Positions 31,963 to 41,328 are shown, counted from the first letter of the stretch. The stretch is 64,000 nucleotides of DNA from Chloroflexota bacterium (GCA_016179765.1 JACPCL010000031.1:64341-128340), one strand, 5' to 3'. The notes: generated by a model from the letters alone, not told the origin. Numbers and translations are program-made.

Positions 31963-33612
31963 ATGACCAACGCAGCTTCTAGTCCTGCGCCCATCCTGAC
32001 GGGCGATAACCTCCTGGGTATGTTCGCCGCGGCCCAGGTGTGCCTGGCGCTGCACGCCCGGCAGATGGACGCCCTGAACGTCTTCCCCGTGCCCGATGGC
32101 GACACCGGCTCCAATATGTCCCTCACCATGCAGGCGGTAGGAGAGCGGCTGAGGAGCCAGCGCGGGAAAGGGGCAGGGGCTGCCGCAGCCTTCATCGCCC
32201 ATGAGGCCATGATGGGCGCCCGCGGCAACAGCGGCGTTATCCTCTCCCAGTTCTTCGCAGGCATGGCCCAGGCCCTGGAGGGGCGGGAGAGCTTTGGCGG
32301 CAGAGAGACGGCCTTGGCCTTGGCAAAGGCTTCGGCCCAGGCCTACAGAGGCGTGAGCAAGCCAGTTGAGGGCACCATGCTCACGGTGATGCGCCAGGCG
32401 GCGGAGGCGGCGCAGCGGGCCCTGGCCCAAGGGGGGGAGACACCCATCCAGGTATGGAGCGCCGCCTGCCAGGGGGCAAAAGAGGCGCTCCTGCAGACGC
32501 CCGAGCTGCTGCCGGTGCTGAAGCAGGCGGGCGTGGTGGACGCGGGGGGCCTGGGCGTGGTGGCCCTGATGGAAGGGGCGCGGGCCTACCTCCTGGGCCA
32601 GGAGCCGGGGCCCATGGATATGGACATTGGCAACACCGCGCCCAGACCCGACTACCTCACCGCCACCGCCAGAGAGGCCTTCGGCTACTGCACCCAGCTC
32701 CTCATTCTGCCGCGGGATGGGGGCCAGGCGCTGAACGTGGAATCGGCGCGCCAGCGCATAGAGGTTATGAGCAACTCCACCGTCGTGGTGGGAGACGCCA
32801 CCGCCCTCAAGGTACATGCCCACACCCACGATCCCGGCCCCATCGTCAGCTACGCCGTGTCCCTGGGCAGCATCAGCCAGGTGAAGATAGAGGACATGGA
32901 CCGCCAGCACCACGGCTTCATGGCCATGCATCAGGAGGGGAGGCCGGTGGAAGAGGCGGCCCTTGGCGTCGTGGCGGTGGCCTCTGGCCAGGGGATTGAG
33001 CGCATCTTCCAGGAGTACGGCGCCAGGGCCATCGTCCCCGGCGGCCAGACCATGAATCCCAGCGCCCGGGACCTGCTGGAGGCGGCGGAGCGCGCCAGCG
33101 TCCGAGAGGTCATCCTGCTGCCCAACAACTCAAACGTCGTGACCACGGCTCAGCAGGCGGCGTCCCTGGGCCCGAGGCCGATCCACGTGGCGCCCTCCAC
33201 CACTATCCCCCAGGGCATCGCCGCCTTGCTTGCCTTCAACCCGGAGGCGGATGCTGCTGCCAACCTGGCCCGGATGCAGCAGGCCATGGCCAGCGTGCGC
33301 TCCGGCGAGGTGACCCGGGCGGTGCGCTCCATCCGCATCAACGACGTGGATGTAGCGGAGGGCCAGGCCATCGCCTTGCTGGACGGGGAGCTGATTGCCG
33401 CAGCGGTGACGCCCCAGGAGGCCCTGGTAGCGCTGTGCCAAAGGGCGCGCCCGCAGCCTGGCGCGCTCATCACCCTCTACTGGGGCGGCGCAGCCAAGGA
33501 AGAGGAGGCACAGGCCGCGGCGGAGCGCCTGCGCGCCTGCAACCCGGGTGTGGAGGTGGACGTCGTCCACGGCGGCCAGCCCCACTATGACTACCTGGCG
33601 GCAATTGAGTGA
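31963..33612 (+). CDS. yloV: DAK2-domain fusion protein YloV
   Basis: ALNVFPVPDGDTGSNMSLT...MMGARGNSGVILSQ. Divergent from rpmB, as in many genomes. Confidence 0.9.
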   Translation: MTNAASSPAPILTGDNLLGMFAAAQVCLALHARQMDALNVFPVPDGDTGSNMSLTMQAVGERLRSQRGKGAGAAAAFIAHEAMMGARGNSGVILSQFFAGMAQALEGRESFGGRETALALAKASAQAYRGVSKPVEGTMLTVMRQAAEAAQRALAQGGETPIQVWSAACQGAKEALLQTPELLPVLKQAGVVDAGGLGVVALMEGARAYLLGQEPGPMDMDIGNTAPRPDYLTATAREAFGYCTQLLILPRDGGQALNVESARQRIEVMSNSTVVVGDATALKVHAHTHDPGPIVSYAVSLGSISQVKIEDMDRQHHGFMAMHQEGRPVEEAALGVVAVASGQGIERIFQEYGARAIVPGGQTMNPSARDLLEAAERASVREVILLPNNSNVVTTAQQAASLGPRPIHVAPSTTIPQGIAALLAFNPEADAAANLARMQQAMASVRSGEVTRAVRSIRINDVDVAEGQAIALLDGELIAAAVTPQEALVALCQRARPQPGALITLYWGGAAKEEEAQAAAERLRACNPGVEVDVVHGGQPHYDYLAAIE

Positions 33613-33630
33613 AGTGAAAGGGAGGTTCCC

Positions 33631-34482
33631 ATGGCCGTGAAAGTGGTCACCGACAGCACCGCCGACCTGCCGCCGGAGCTTGCCAGGGAGCTGGACATCA
33701 CCGTGGCGCCCCTGAGCGTGCGCTTTGGGCAGGAGAGCTTTCTGGACGGCGTGGATCTCTCCTCGGATGCCTTCTTCCAGCGCCTTGTGGCGGCCAAAGA
33801 GCTACCCACCACCTCCCAACCGGCCCCGGGCGCCTTCCTCCTGGTGTACCGCCGCCTGCTGGAGGCCGGCCATCAGGTCCTCTCGGTGCACGTCTCGGAG
33901 AAGCTCAGCGGCACGCTCAACTCCGCGCGCCAGGCCAAGGAACAGCTTGGGAACGCGCCCATACAGATCCTGGACTCCCAGCAGGCCACCCTGGGCCTGG
34001 GCCTGGTGGCAACGGCTGCGGCCAAGGCAGTCAAGGCGGGGGCCAGCCTGCAAGAGACGGCGGCGGCGGCCAACGAGGCCATCGGCCAGGTGCAGGTCTT
34101 TGGCGTGCTGGACACCCTGGAATACCTGCAAAAGGGCGGGCGTATCGGCAAGGCCAGGGCCTTGGTAGGCTCCCTGCTGCACGTGCGGCCCATCATCACC
34201 ATCAAAGAGGGTGTGACCCACTCCGCAGGCATGGCCCGCAGCCGGGCCCAGGGTATCCAGTTCCTGCTGACCGTGGCCCGGGAGCGCGCGCCCCTGAAGC
34301 AGGCCGCCGTCATCTACAGCACAACGCCCCTGGAGGCTGACCAGCTTGCCGAGCAGGTGAGACCCCTGGTGCAGGACGGCGCGGTCATGAAGGCGCGCTT
34401 TGGCCCAGTGCTGGGCACATACGTCGGCCCCGGCGCTTGGGGCCTGGCTGTCCAGTCGGAGAAGAGGGACTCCCTCTCCTGA
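33631..34482 (+). CDS. degV: DegV family fatty-acid-binding protein
   Basis: MAVKVVTDSTADLPPELARELDITVAPL...TSQPAPGAF...LSGTLNSA. Confidence 0.9.
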   Translation: MAVKVVTDSTADLPPELARELDITVAPLSVRFGQESFLDGVDLSSDAFFQRLVAAKELPTTSQPAPGAFLLVYRRLLEAGHQVLSVHVSEKLSGTLNSARQAKEQLGNAPIQILDSQQATLGLGLVATAAAKAVKAGASLQETAAAANEAIGQVQVFGVLDTLEYLQKGGRIGKARALVGSLLHVRPIITIKEGVTHSAGMARSRAQGIQFLLTVARERAPLKQAAVIYSTTPLEADQLAEQVRPLVQDGAVMKARFGPVLGTYVGPGAWGLAVQSEKRDSLS

Positions 34483-34623
34483 GCTGGGGGTACCGCCATG
34501 GACGCGGCTAGAGAAGGGCCATGCCCCCATACCGATGCCGGACTTTCATGTCGGCCATAGCGGCTGTCCTTCCCCTGGTTCCCTTCTTTCTTGGGAGAGG
34601 GGTCTGTCGGTTTTTGGGCGGCG

Positions 34624-35159
34624 TCACTTCCGAGGAAGCTGGTAGCGAATGGTAAGATTGGCGCCGTTCCCTTTCGGGGGTTGGGCAAGAATGGAATCGC
34701 CAGAGCGCATTTCCTTCCGCATGACGGCGCAACAGATTGGCATCCGGGGTGTAGGTTTTGGGTACCCGCCGACGGCGCGGTGCAGCTTTCCGGAGTTTAT
34801 GTCAATGTAGGAGAGACCGCTTTCGGCAGCCTCCTGTAGCTTGAGGCGAAGGGCTTCCGAGAACTCCCCAGAGTTTGGCGCATGTTGTTCCTGCACTTCT
34901 CGCTCCTTCCTTGCTTCCAGCCACCGCCTCAAAGACTCCTGGCTTTCCATGGACGGATACCCAGCCAGCAAGTGCTCCACACTGATGTCCTCGTCCAGGT
35001 CTTCCCAGTGGATGCCTTCCCCCTTCACAATGAGTTCCCAGTTGGCTCGCTCTGCGGGGGTAGCATGTACCAGGCGGGGAAACCAGACCAGGGCACAGAG
35101 AGAGTCCTTCCGTCGCTCAGTTCTACAGTGAGTCTTTCCTCGGATACCTCAACGTTCAA
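34624..35159 (-). pseudogene. DUF2442-domain gene fused to an uncharacterised C-terminal domain; carries a 1-nt frameshift
   Basis: Frame 1 from TTG 35159 reads LNVEVSEERLTVELSDGRTLSVPW. The family continuation WFPRLVHATPAERANWELIVKGEGIHWEDLDEDISVEHLLAG is in another frame. The break is at GTGCCCTGG (about 35089-35097). Length is 536 nt = 3n+2. Confidence 0.7.
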
Positions 35160-35172
35160 AGCGTTGGGTACC

Positions 35173-35420
35173 TCAATGCGAACGAGAGAAGTAGCCATTC
35201 CATGCCTCCAGCAACGCTACGTGACGCTCTTCAATGATTCTTTGGATGCGACGAAGCTCAACATCGGTAAACCCACTGGTGTTGGCAAGCTTCACCGGGT
35301 TCAGCCAGAACTTCGCACCCCTATCCTCTCTTCTCTTCTCACGTGCATATGCGCGGGTTCAACACCATCTCCAGCATAGAAGTAGAAGCGATAGCCTTGA
35401 ACCCTCAGCACGGTGGGCAT
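35173..35420 (-). pseudogene. DUF4160-family gene with a 1-nt frameshift
   Basis: MPTVLRVQGYRFYFYAGDGVEPAHMHVRREER.. then shifts frame to ..GAKFWLNPVKLANTSGFTDVELRRIQRIIEERHVALLEAWNGYFSRSH*. The break lies in the purine run AGAAGAGAAGAGAGGATAGGGG (about 35319-35340). Length is 248 nt = 3n+2. Confidence 0.7.
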
Positions 35421-35429
35421 GGGCAAACC

Positions 35430-36538
35430 CTACAGCCTTGGCTTGCTGGCGGTGCTGCCGCCCCGGCTCTTCGCCGCCTTGGGGCGGAACTGCTTGAGGC
35501 CCGCCAGGAACCCATCGTAATTGCGGCGGGTCTCCTCCAGGTGGTCGCCGCCGAACTTCTCCAGGAAGCAGCCCACCAGCACCGTGGCCAGCACCGCCTC
35601 GCCGATGACGCAGGCGGGCGGCACCTGGCAGATGTCGCTGCGCTCGTAGTGGGCCTCCACCACCTCGCCGGTGTCCAGGTCTACCGAGGGCAGGGGCTTG
35701 CTAAGGGTGGAAATGGGCTTGAGGGCCATGCGGGCCACGACCGGCTCGCCGTTGCTCATGCCGCCCTCAATGCCGCCGGCGCGGTTGGTGACGTGGTGGA
35801 AGGGGCGCGCGTCGCCGCTCCACGGCTCAATAATGTCGTGGACGTTGGAACCGAGCTTCTCGGTGTTCTCAAAGCCGGCGCCAATCTCCACGCCCTTGAC
35901 CGCCTGGATGCTCATCATGCCCTGGGCGATGAGGCCGTCCAGCTTGCGGTCCCACTGGGTATGGCTGCCCAGGCCCACGGGGACGCCGTAGGCGACGACC
36001 TCAAAGACGCCGCCGGCGGTGTCGCCGTTGTCGCGGCACCAGTCAACGTGGGCCATCATGGCCTTGGCGGCCTCAGGGTCGGCGCAGCGCACCGGCGACG
36101 CCTCCACGGCGTCCCAGTCAATCTTCTCTGGCATCCTGGCCTTGATAGCAGCGATGGTGAGGACGTGGGAGTGAATGGCGATGCCGAACTCCTCCAGGAA
36201 GCGGCGGGCCACCGCGCCGGCGGCGACGCGGGCCGCCGTCTCCCGGGCGCTGGCCCGCTCCAGGATGGGGCGGACGTCGTGCTGGCTGTACTTGAAGACG
36301 CCGGGGAAGTCGGCGTGGCCAGGGCGCAGGCGTGTGACGCGGCGCACCTTGGCGTCGTCGTCCACCGGCGCCACGGACATGGCTTCGGTCCAGTTGACAA
36401 AGTCCTTGTTCTCCACCCACATGGCGATGGGGCTGCCCATGGTGAGGCCGTGGCGGACGCCGGAGAGGCGGGTATGCCCTCCACGATGACGACGCCGCCC
36501 TTGCCGTGGGACTCTCCTGCCGTGAAGTAGCGGAACAT
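35430..36538 (-). pseudogene. aroC: Chorismate synthase disrupted by an internal out-of-frame deletion
   Basis: ATG 36538 gives MFRYFTAGESHGKGGVVIVEGIPA. The next family-matching stretch, LSGVRHGLTMGSPIAMWVENKD...RPGHADF...ERASARETAARV..., is in a different frame. About 35 codons are missing, including the RRQxGxGRGxRM motif. Confidence 0.75.
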
Positions 36539-36539
36539 G

Positions 36540-37335
36540 GGGGCCTCCTTACCTCTCCCCCCTTCCCCCTCCCCTGAAGAGGGAGGGGGTGAGAAGGATG
36601 GGTTGCCAGGGCATATCGTATACGCGGGGCAGTGCAAAGACAAGGCTGACCGCACCCGTGTGGTAAACGAGTCGTAGGGGCGATGCGGTGCATCGCCCAT
36701 GGGCGTGGGTGGACACGCAGGCCATGCTCCTGCGGGCGCGAAGGCGTTGTAGGGGCGCAGCATGCTGCGCCCCTACGGGCGAGGGCACCCGTTCCGTAGG
36801 GGCAGACCCGGGTGTCTGCCCTGCCCTCGGCCCTGGGCGGACACGTCGGTCCGCCCCTATGGTGGGCACCCTCCCCGTAGGGGCAGACCCGGGTGTCTGC
36901 CCTGTCCTTGGCCCTGGGCGGACACGTCGGTCCGCCCCTATGGTGGGCACCCGTTCCGTAGGGGCAGACCCGGGTGTCTGCCCTGCCTCGGCCCTGGGCG
37001 GACACGCTGGTCCGCCCCTACGGGGAGGGAGGCGCTGCCGTTTTGTCATTCCTACGAAAATGGCTTCCTCCCCCCTTGCGGGGGAGGATTGAGGTAGGGG
37101 GTAGGCCCTCGTTCACCCCCATTCCTTCGCTTCCGCTCAGAGCCTGCCCTGAGCCTGCCGAAGGGACAGGCTCAGGCCTTCCCCCGTCAATGGGGAAGGA
37201 ACTGACGATTGACCCTTTTCATCCCTCCTGTGCTGGCCCCCACCAGGAGAGTTTCCTCGCTTCCCGCCACGCTGCGCTCGCGGCTAAAGGCTCACCGGAA
37301 TGACAGAGGGCTGTCCTACGGGCGCACGGGTATGT
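36540..37335. repeat. ~0.8-kb gap made almost entirely of palindromic repeat modules
   Basis: CCCCCTTCCCCCTCCCCTGAAGAGGGAGGGGG, M7 GTAGGGGCGCAGCATGCTGCGCCCCTAC (36748-36776), the tandem array, and M8 at about 37140. Confidence 0.85.
36748..37030. repeat. Tandem array, about 3 copies of an 81-bp unit
   Basis: GTAGGGGCAGACCCGGGTGTCTGCCC...GGGCGGACACGTCGGTCCGCCCCTATGG starts at 36796, 36877 and 36958 (period 81). Each unit contains two hairpins. Confidence 0.9.
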
Positions 37336-37342
37336 ATGAATG

Positions 37343-37372
37343 AGAAGAGGCCCGCCTGGGCGGGCCTCTTCT
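37343..37372 (-). terminator. Hairpin downstream of the selenoprotein gene
   Basis: AGAAGAGGCCCGCC-TG-GGCGGGCCTCTTCT, with no U tract. Confidence 0.5.
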
Positions 37373-37394
37373 GGGGGTTGTCTGTTCTGAGGGC

Positions 37395-37688
37395 CTAGTG
37401 GGCTCCCACGGGCACGGGCGCCCGGTCCAGCCGCTCTATCAGGAGAGGCCTGACCTTGCGCAGAGCGCGCAAGCTGGTGAGGAAGTCGCCGTCGCCGGCC
37501 TCCTTGCGGGAGTACACCAGCGTACCGTCCAGATAGACCTCAAACCGCCCATCGCTCACGGGGGTGAAGACGATGGAGGTCTCCTTGACGCGGCCGTCGC
37601 AAATCTCCGCTGCGAAACTCGCAGCCTTCCAGAAATAGCCTCAGGATACGCAGTACTTGATCTCCAGCCGGACCTTTCCTTCTGCCAT
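37395..37688 (-). CDS. selW: SelW/Rdx-family selenoprotein (CxxU) with in-frame UGA at 37641-37643
   Basis: MAEGKVRLEIKYCVS[U]GYFWKAASFAAEICDGRVKETSIVFTPVSDGRFEVYLDGTLVYSRKEAGDGDFLTSLRALRKV.... Compare the SelW motifs VYCGAUGY and FEV..G.L.HSKK.GDG. Absent from the ORF track because of the TGA. Confidence 0.8.
37609..37625 (-). promoter_or_regulatory. Candidate bacterial SECIS hairpin
   Basis: GCUGCGA-GUU-UCGCAGC begins 15 nt after the UGA. Confidence 0.55.
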
Positions 37689-37904
37689 GGTGCTCCCTCC
37701 TCTTGTGGTGCTGATGCCATTTGGCGTCTTGGGAATAGATTGTGCGCCTGGACGCCTGGGATGTCAACTCTGGAAGGGATGAGGAGGTTTGGGGCAAAAT
37801 CTCTTATGCGGGGCAAATATTCTTGAAAAAAGGGCCCACAGCGGCGAACAAAGCGGTAAAATAGAGCAAGCACCGTATCCTTTTTTTCGCCGAGAGGTAG
37901 GGAC

Positions 37905-38444
37905 ATGATCAAAGCCATCGCCTTTGACTGGAGCAACACCCTCATGCGGGAGATCCCGCTCATCCGGCGGCCCTCTGCCCGCTCGCCTCAGATGGAGGTG
38001 GTGCCGGGCGTCACCAGCGCCTTGAAGGAGCTGCACCAGCAATTCCTCTGCTGCATCGCCTCCAACGCCAGGGGGCCTGAGGTCAGCGCCCTGAACATGG
38101 TCCTGGAACGGGCGGGGCTGGCGCAGTACATCGGCCACGTCTTTACCGCCCAGGAACTGGGCGCCCCCAAGCCGGAGGCCAGGTTCTTTCATAGCCTGCT
38201 CTACAAGCTCATGCTCAAGCCCCACGAGTGCGTCATGATAGGGGACGATTATAATGTGGACATCGCCGGCGCCAAGGCCGTGGGCATGAAAACCATCTGG
38301 TTCATCGAGCGCACCAACCAGGAGGCGCGGGACGCCGACGTGGTCATCGGCGCCATGAGCGAGCTGGCGACGGCCGTTGGCAAGCTGGCTGCCCAGGGGG
38401 AGCGGGAGGCCACGAGGCCACGGGTGGCGACACCCTCTCCATAG
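37905..38444 (+). CDS. HAD-superfamily hydrolase (subfamily IA-like)
   Basis: MIKAIAFDWSNTLM...IASNA...MIGDDYNVDIAGAKAVGMKTIWF. Confidence 0.8.
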   Translation: MIKAIAFDWSNTLMREIPLIRRPSARSPQMEVVPGVTSALKELHQQFLCCIASNARGPEVSALNMVLERAGLAQYIGHVFTAQELGAPKPEARFFHSLLYKLMLKPHECVMIGDDYNVDIAGAKAVGMKTIWFIERTNQEARDADVVIGAMSELATAVGKLAAQGEREATRPRVATPSP

Positions 38445-38590
38445 CAGGCTGCGGAAGAACACCCCCAAACCCGCCTTTGGCGGGTTCAAGGTATCCGCCT
38501 ACGGCGGATTAATTGGTATCTGGGGGACACCCCCAGACCCCCACCATCCGCCTGAGGCGGACGCCCCACTGGACTCCCCTTTTTTTTGCA
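38444..38590. repeat. Near-complete composite repeat element (MITE-like)
   Basis: GCAGGCTGCGGAAGAAC-ACCCCCAAACC-CGCCTTTGGCGG-TTCAAGGTATCCGCCTACGGCGGAT...TATCTGGGGGACACCCCCAGACCCCC...CATCCGCCTGAGGCGGACGCCCC..GGACTCCCCTTTTTTTT. Confidence 0.85.
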
Positions 38591-38621
38591 CCCTGATAGG
38601 GCCGGGGGCAGAAGGCTCAAA

Positions 38622-39632
38622 ATGCCCATGTGGACTCTCCTAGGACAGGAGCACATCACCTCGGCTCTCGGCAAAAGCCTTGCCCTGGGCCAGTTGGCCC
38701 ACGCCTACCTCATCGTCGGCCCGCCCCAATCGGGCAAGAGCACGCTTGCGCGGGACATCGCCAGGGCGCTCAATTGCACGGAGCCTGACCCGCCCTGCGG
38801 CGGGTGCCACCAATGCCAGCGCATCGCCCGGGGCCTGCACGCCGACGTGCAGGTGGTAACGGTGACGCCAGACCCAGATACGAAGCGCCTGCGCACGGTG
38901 ATCGCCATAGACCAGGTGCGGGAGTTGGAGCAACGGGCCGCCCTGGGGCCTTATGAGGGGAAGAGCCTGGTGTTCATCATTGACGGGGCCGAAAAACTGC
39001 ATCCGACGGCAGCCAACGCCCTGCTCAAGACCCTGGAGGAGCCGCCGCCGAGGGTGAGCCTGCTCCTTCTCACCAGCCAGGAAGGGGGGCTGCCGCCCAC
39101 CATCCGCTCCCGTTGCCAGCGCCTGGAGCTGCGGCCCGTGAACCAGGAGGCCATTGCCCAGACGCTGGCCCAGCGCCACAGCGTAGCGCCGGAGGACGCG
39201 TCGCTCCTCGCGCGGTTGTCCGGCGGCAGGCTCGGCTGGGCGCTGGCCGCCGCCCGAGACCCCAGGGTGCTGGAAGAGCGCCAGCAGCTTCTGGATACGT
39301 TGTTGGAGGTGCTGGAGAGCGGCCTGGAGCGGAGGTTCCAGGTGTCCCAGGAGCTGGCCAGCCGGGCGAGCAGGGACCGCGCGGGGGCCCAGGAGACCCT
39401 GGCCCTCTGGCTGAGCTGCTGGCGCGACCTGCTCATGCTGAAGGAGGGCGCGCCGGGCCTGGTGGCCAACACCGACTGGCGCTCCTCTCTGGATGCGCTG
39501 GCGGGCCGCTACTCTGCCCAGGAGGCCAGGGCCGTGGCCCTGGAGCTTCTGGCATCCATGGCGCGGCTGGATGCCAATGCCAGCCCTCGCCTGGCCTTGG
39601 ACGTGCTGATGCTCTCACTCCCTCGCGCGTAG
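38622..39632 (+). CDS. holB: DNA polymerase III delta-prime subunit
   Basis: LLGQEHITSAL...HAYLIVGPPQSGKSTLA...CGGCHQCQRI. Confidence 0.85.
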   Translation: MPMWTLLGQEHITSALGKSLALGQLAHAYLIVGPPQSGKSTLARDIARALNCTEPDPPCGGCHQCQRIARGLHADVQVVTVTPDPDTKRLRTVIAIDQVRELEQRAALGPYEGKSLVFIIDGAEKLHPTAANALLKTLEEPPPRVSLLLLTSQEGGLPPTIRSRCQRLELRPVNQEAIAQTLAQRHSVAPEDASLLARLSGGRLGWALAAARDPRVLEERQQLLDTLLEVLESGLERRFQVSQELASRASRDRAGAQETLALWLSCWRDLLMLKEGAPGLVANTDWRSSLDALAGRYSAQEARAVALELLASMARLDANASPRLALDVLMLSLPRA

Positions 39633-39864
39633 GCCTTGCGTGAAGCCTCCCAACCCCTGCCGTATACTCATGGGTGCGGCTCCGTAATACCTTTCCTCCG
39701 CTTGGGGCAGAAGGGAGAGATGCTAGCTCCATTGCTCAAAGCCTAAGGAACTTCTCGGCGGAACGTGGAAGTTCAGTGGCGACTATTGTATGATATCCGC
39801 CTCAGGAAATGGCGGACTGAACGTACTGCCGTCATTAACTCCATGCCCTTGAAGGGAGAATGTC

Positions 39865-40425
39865 ATGAGCACTGGTGCAGCAGCAGGGTCTACTGGCGTC
39901 CCTCAATGGAAGTTTCGCTGGCGGAGCTGGCTGGGGGTAGCGGTGGTGCTCTTCCTTCTTTACGGCGCCGCCAACCTCTTTTTTGCCATCCAAGTGCCGG
40001 TCATGCAACATAGCAACGGTATCAGTAGGGCCCAAATCGTGAGTAACGAGGCGGACTCAGCAGTCCTGGGCAAGGACATTACCACCCTGGCCCAGACGGA
40101 CCCGGCCATGAGTGACTATCTGGTGGCATTCATGGACACCATGTGCATGATGATGATGGCCTTTGCCATACTGCAACTGGGCGTCGCCTGGTTTGCCCTG
40201 CGCCGCGGACACACCTGGGCCCTATGGACCCTGGCCATCGCGGACATCGCCTTCATCCCCTACCTCATCGGCTGGACAAGCGTCTTTTCTAACTATGGCC
40301 TCACAATGGGAGACTCCATTACCTCCTTTGGCGGCTTCTGGATCTTCGTTACCATCGCCGTCGCGGTCGCCACGGGTCTGGGGTGGGTTGGGCTTCGCAA
40401 AGGGGCTACGCAAGCTGTAGCCTAA
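39865..40425 (+). CDS. Integral membrane protein, hypothetical
   Basis: 186 aa with four hydrophobic segments. Confidence 0.6.
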   Translation: MSTGAAAGSTGVPQWKFRWRSWLGVAVVLFLLYGAANLFFAIQVPVMQHSNGISRAQIVSNEADSAVLGKDITTLAQTDPAMSDYLVAFMDTMCMMMMAFAILQLGVAWFALRRGHTWALWTLAIADIAFIPYLIGWTSVFSNYGLTMGDSITSFGGFWIFVTIAVAVATGLGWVGLRKGATQAVA

Positions 40426-40446
40426 GAGAGACACCGGACCCCCAGG

Positions 40447-40482
40447 AAAGCATGGGCCCACCCATGGGTGGGCCCATGCTTT
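40447..40482 (+). terminator. Palindromic hairpin terminator
   Basis: AAAGCATGGGCCCACCCATGGGTGGGCCCATGCTTT. Confidence 0.6.
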
Positions 40483-40613
40483 CTCAAAAACAGCCGAGGG
40501 CGAGCAGATGGGGAATATCACGTTTGCCCGCTGAACAGAGGAGCCCATGCAGTTTGCTATCCTGAGGTGAAGGAAGGCCAGAAAACCCTCTGGAAATGAG
40601 TGCCGTTTCCTTC

Positions 40614-40713
40614 TTGACAAAAATCTCGCAAGGGAGCAAAATCCCTTTGCCTAAAGTAGCAAACGTCCACTATCTCTTGGTTGTTCTCGTCAGGCGACTA
40701 CTAGAGGTTGTGG
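40614..40713 (+). promoter_or_regulatory. Candidate nrdR promoter and NrdR-box-like inverted repeat
   Basis: TTGACA-17-CAAAAT (from 40614). CCACTATCTCTTGGT (40667-40681) and ACTAGAGGTTGTGG (about 40699-40713) match in 10 of 15 positions as inverted arms, with centres about 31 bp apart. Confidence 0.3.
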
Positions 40714-40744
40714 CCGAATCTCTCTAGCGGTAGGCCCCAGTGGA

Positions 40745-41305
40745 ATGCTCTGCCCTCATTGCGGGCACAACGACTCCAAAGTCATTGACTCCCGTGACAC
40801 CGGCGATGGCGTGCGCCGCCGCCGGGAGTGCCTGGGGTGCCGCCAGCGCTTTACCACCTACGAGCGCATCCAGACCACGGGCCTGCTGGTGGTGAAACGG
40901 GACGGCCGGCGGGAGGAGTTCAGCCGGGATAAGCTGTTCAATAGCGTGCGCCTCGCCTGCGCCAAGCGTCCCCTGCCCACGGGCGCCCTGGACCGCCTGG
41001 TGAACGACGTGGAGGCGCAGCTCCACCACATCGGCAAGGTGGAGGTCCCCTCCTCCACCATCGGCGAGCTGGTAATGGAGCGCCTCAAGGCCCTGGACCG
41101 GGTGGGATACATCCGCTTCGCCAGCGTCTACCGGGACTTCACGGACCTGGAGTCCATCAAGGCGGAGGTGGAGAAGATGCTGGCGGGCCCTGAGGCCCAG
41201 GAGCGGCCAGAGAACCAGCCCTTCCTCCTGCCGCCGGAGGAGCGCATCCCCCGGGTGCCGGAGCCGCGGAGGAGAGGCAGGCCGAGGAAAGGGGAGAGGG
41301 GGTAG
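40745..41305 (+). CDS. nrdR: Transcriptional repressor NrdR with a basic C-terminal extension
   Basis: MLCPHCGHNDSKVIDSRDTGDGVRRRRECLGCRQRFTTYE plus an ATP-cone. The tail reads ...PEPRRRGRPRKGERG. Confidence 0.95.
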   Translation: MLCPHCGHNDSKVIDSRDTGDGVRRRRECLGCRQRFTTYERIQTTGLLVVKRDGRREEFSRDKLFNSVRLACAKRPLPTGALDRLVNDVEAQLHHIGKVEVPSSTIGELVMERLKALDRVGYIRFASVYRDFTDLESIKAEVEKMLAGPEAQERPENQPFLLPPEERIPRVPEPRRRGRPRKGERG

Positions 41306-41328
41306 GGGCTTTCAAGGTAGGTTAACGC

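Noticed and set aside
36748-37030. Possible CRISPR array.
   Set aside because: The units are contiguous 81-bp repeats with no unique spacers. There are no cas genes, and the units belong to the dispersed palindromic family.
36056-37303. Overlapping ORFs of 100-295 aa across the 36.5-37.3 kb gap.
   Set aside because: They are translations of the tandem and palindromic repeats (periodic GRADTRVCPYG... peptides, open in several frames at once).
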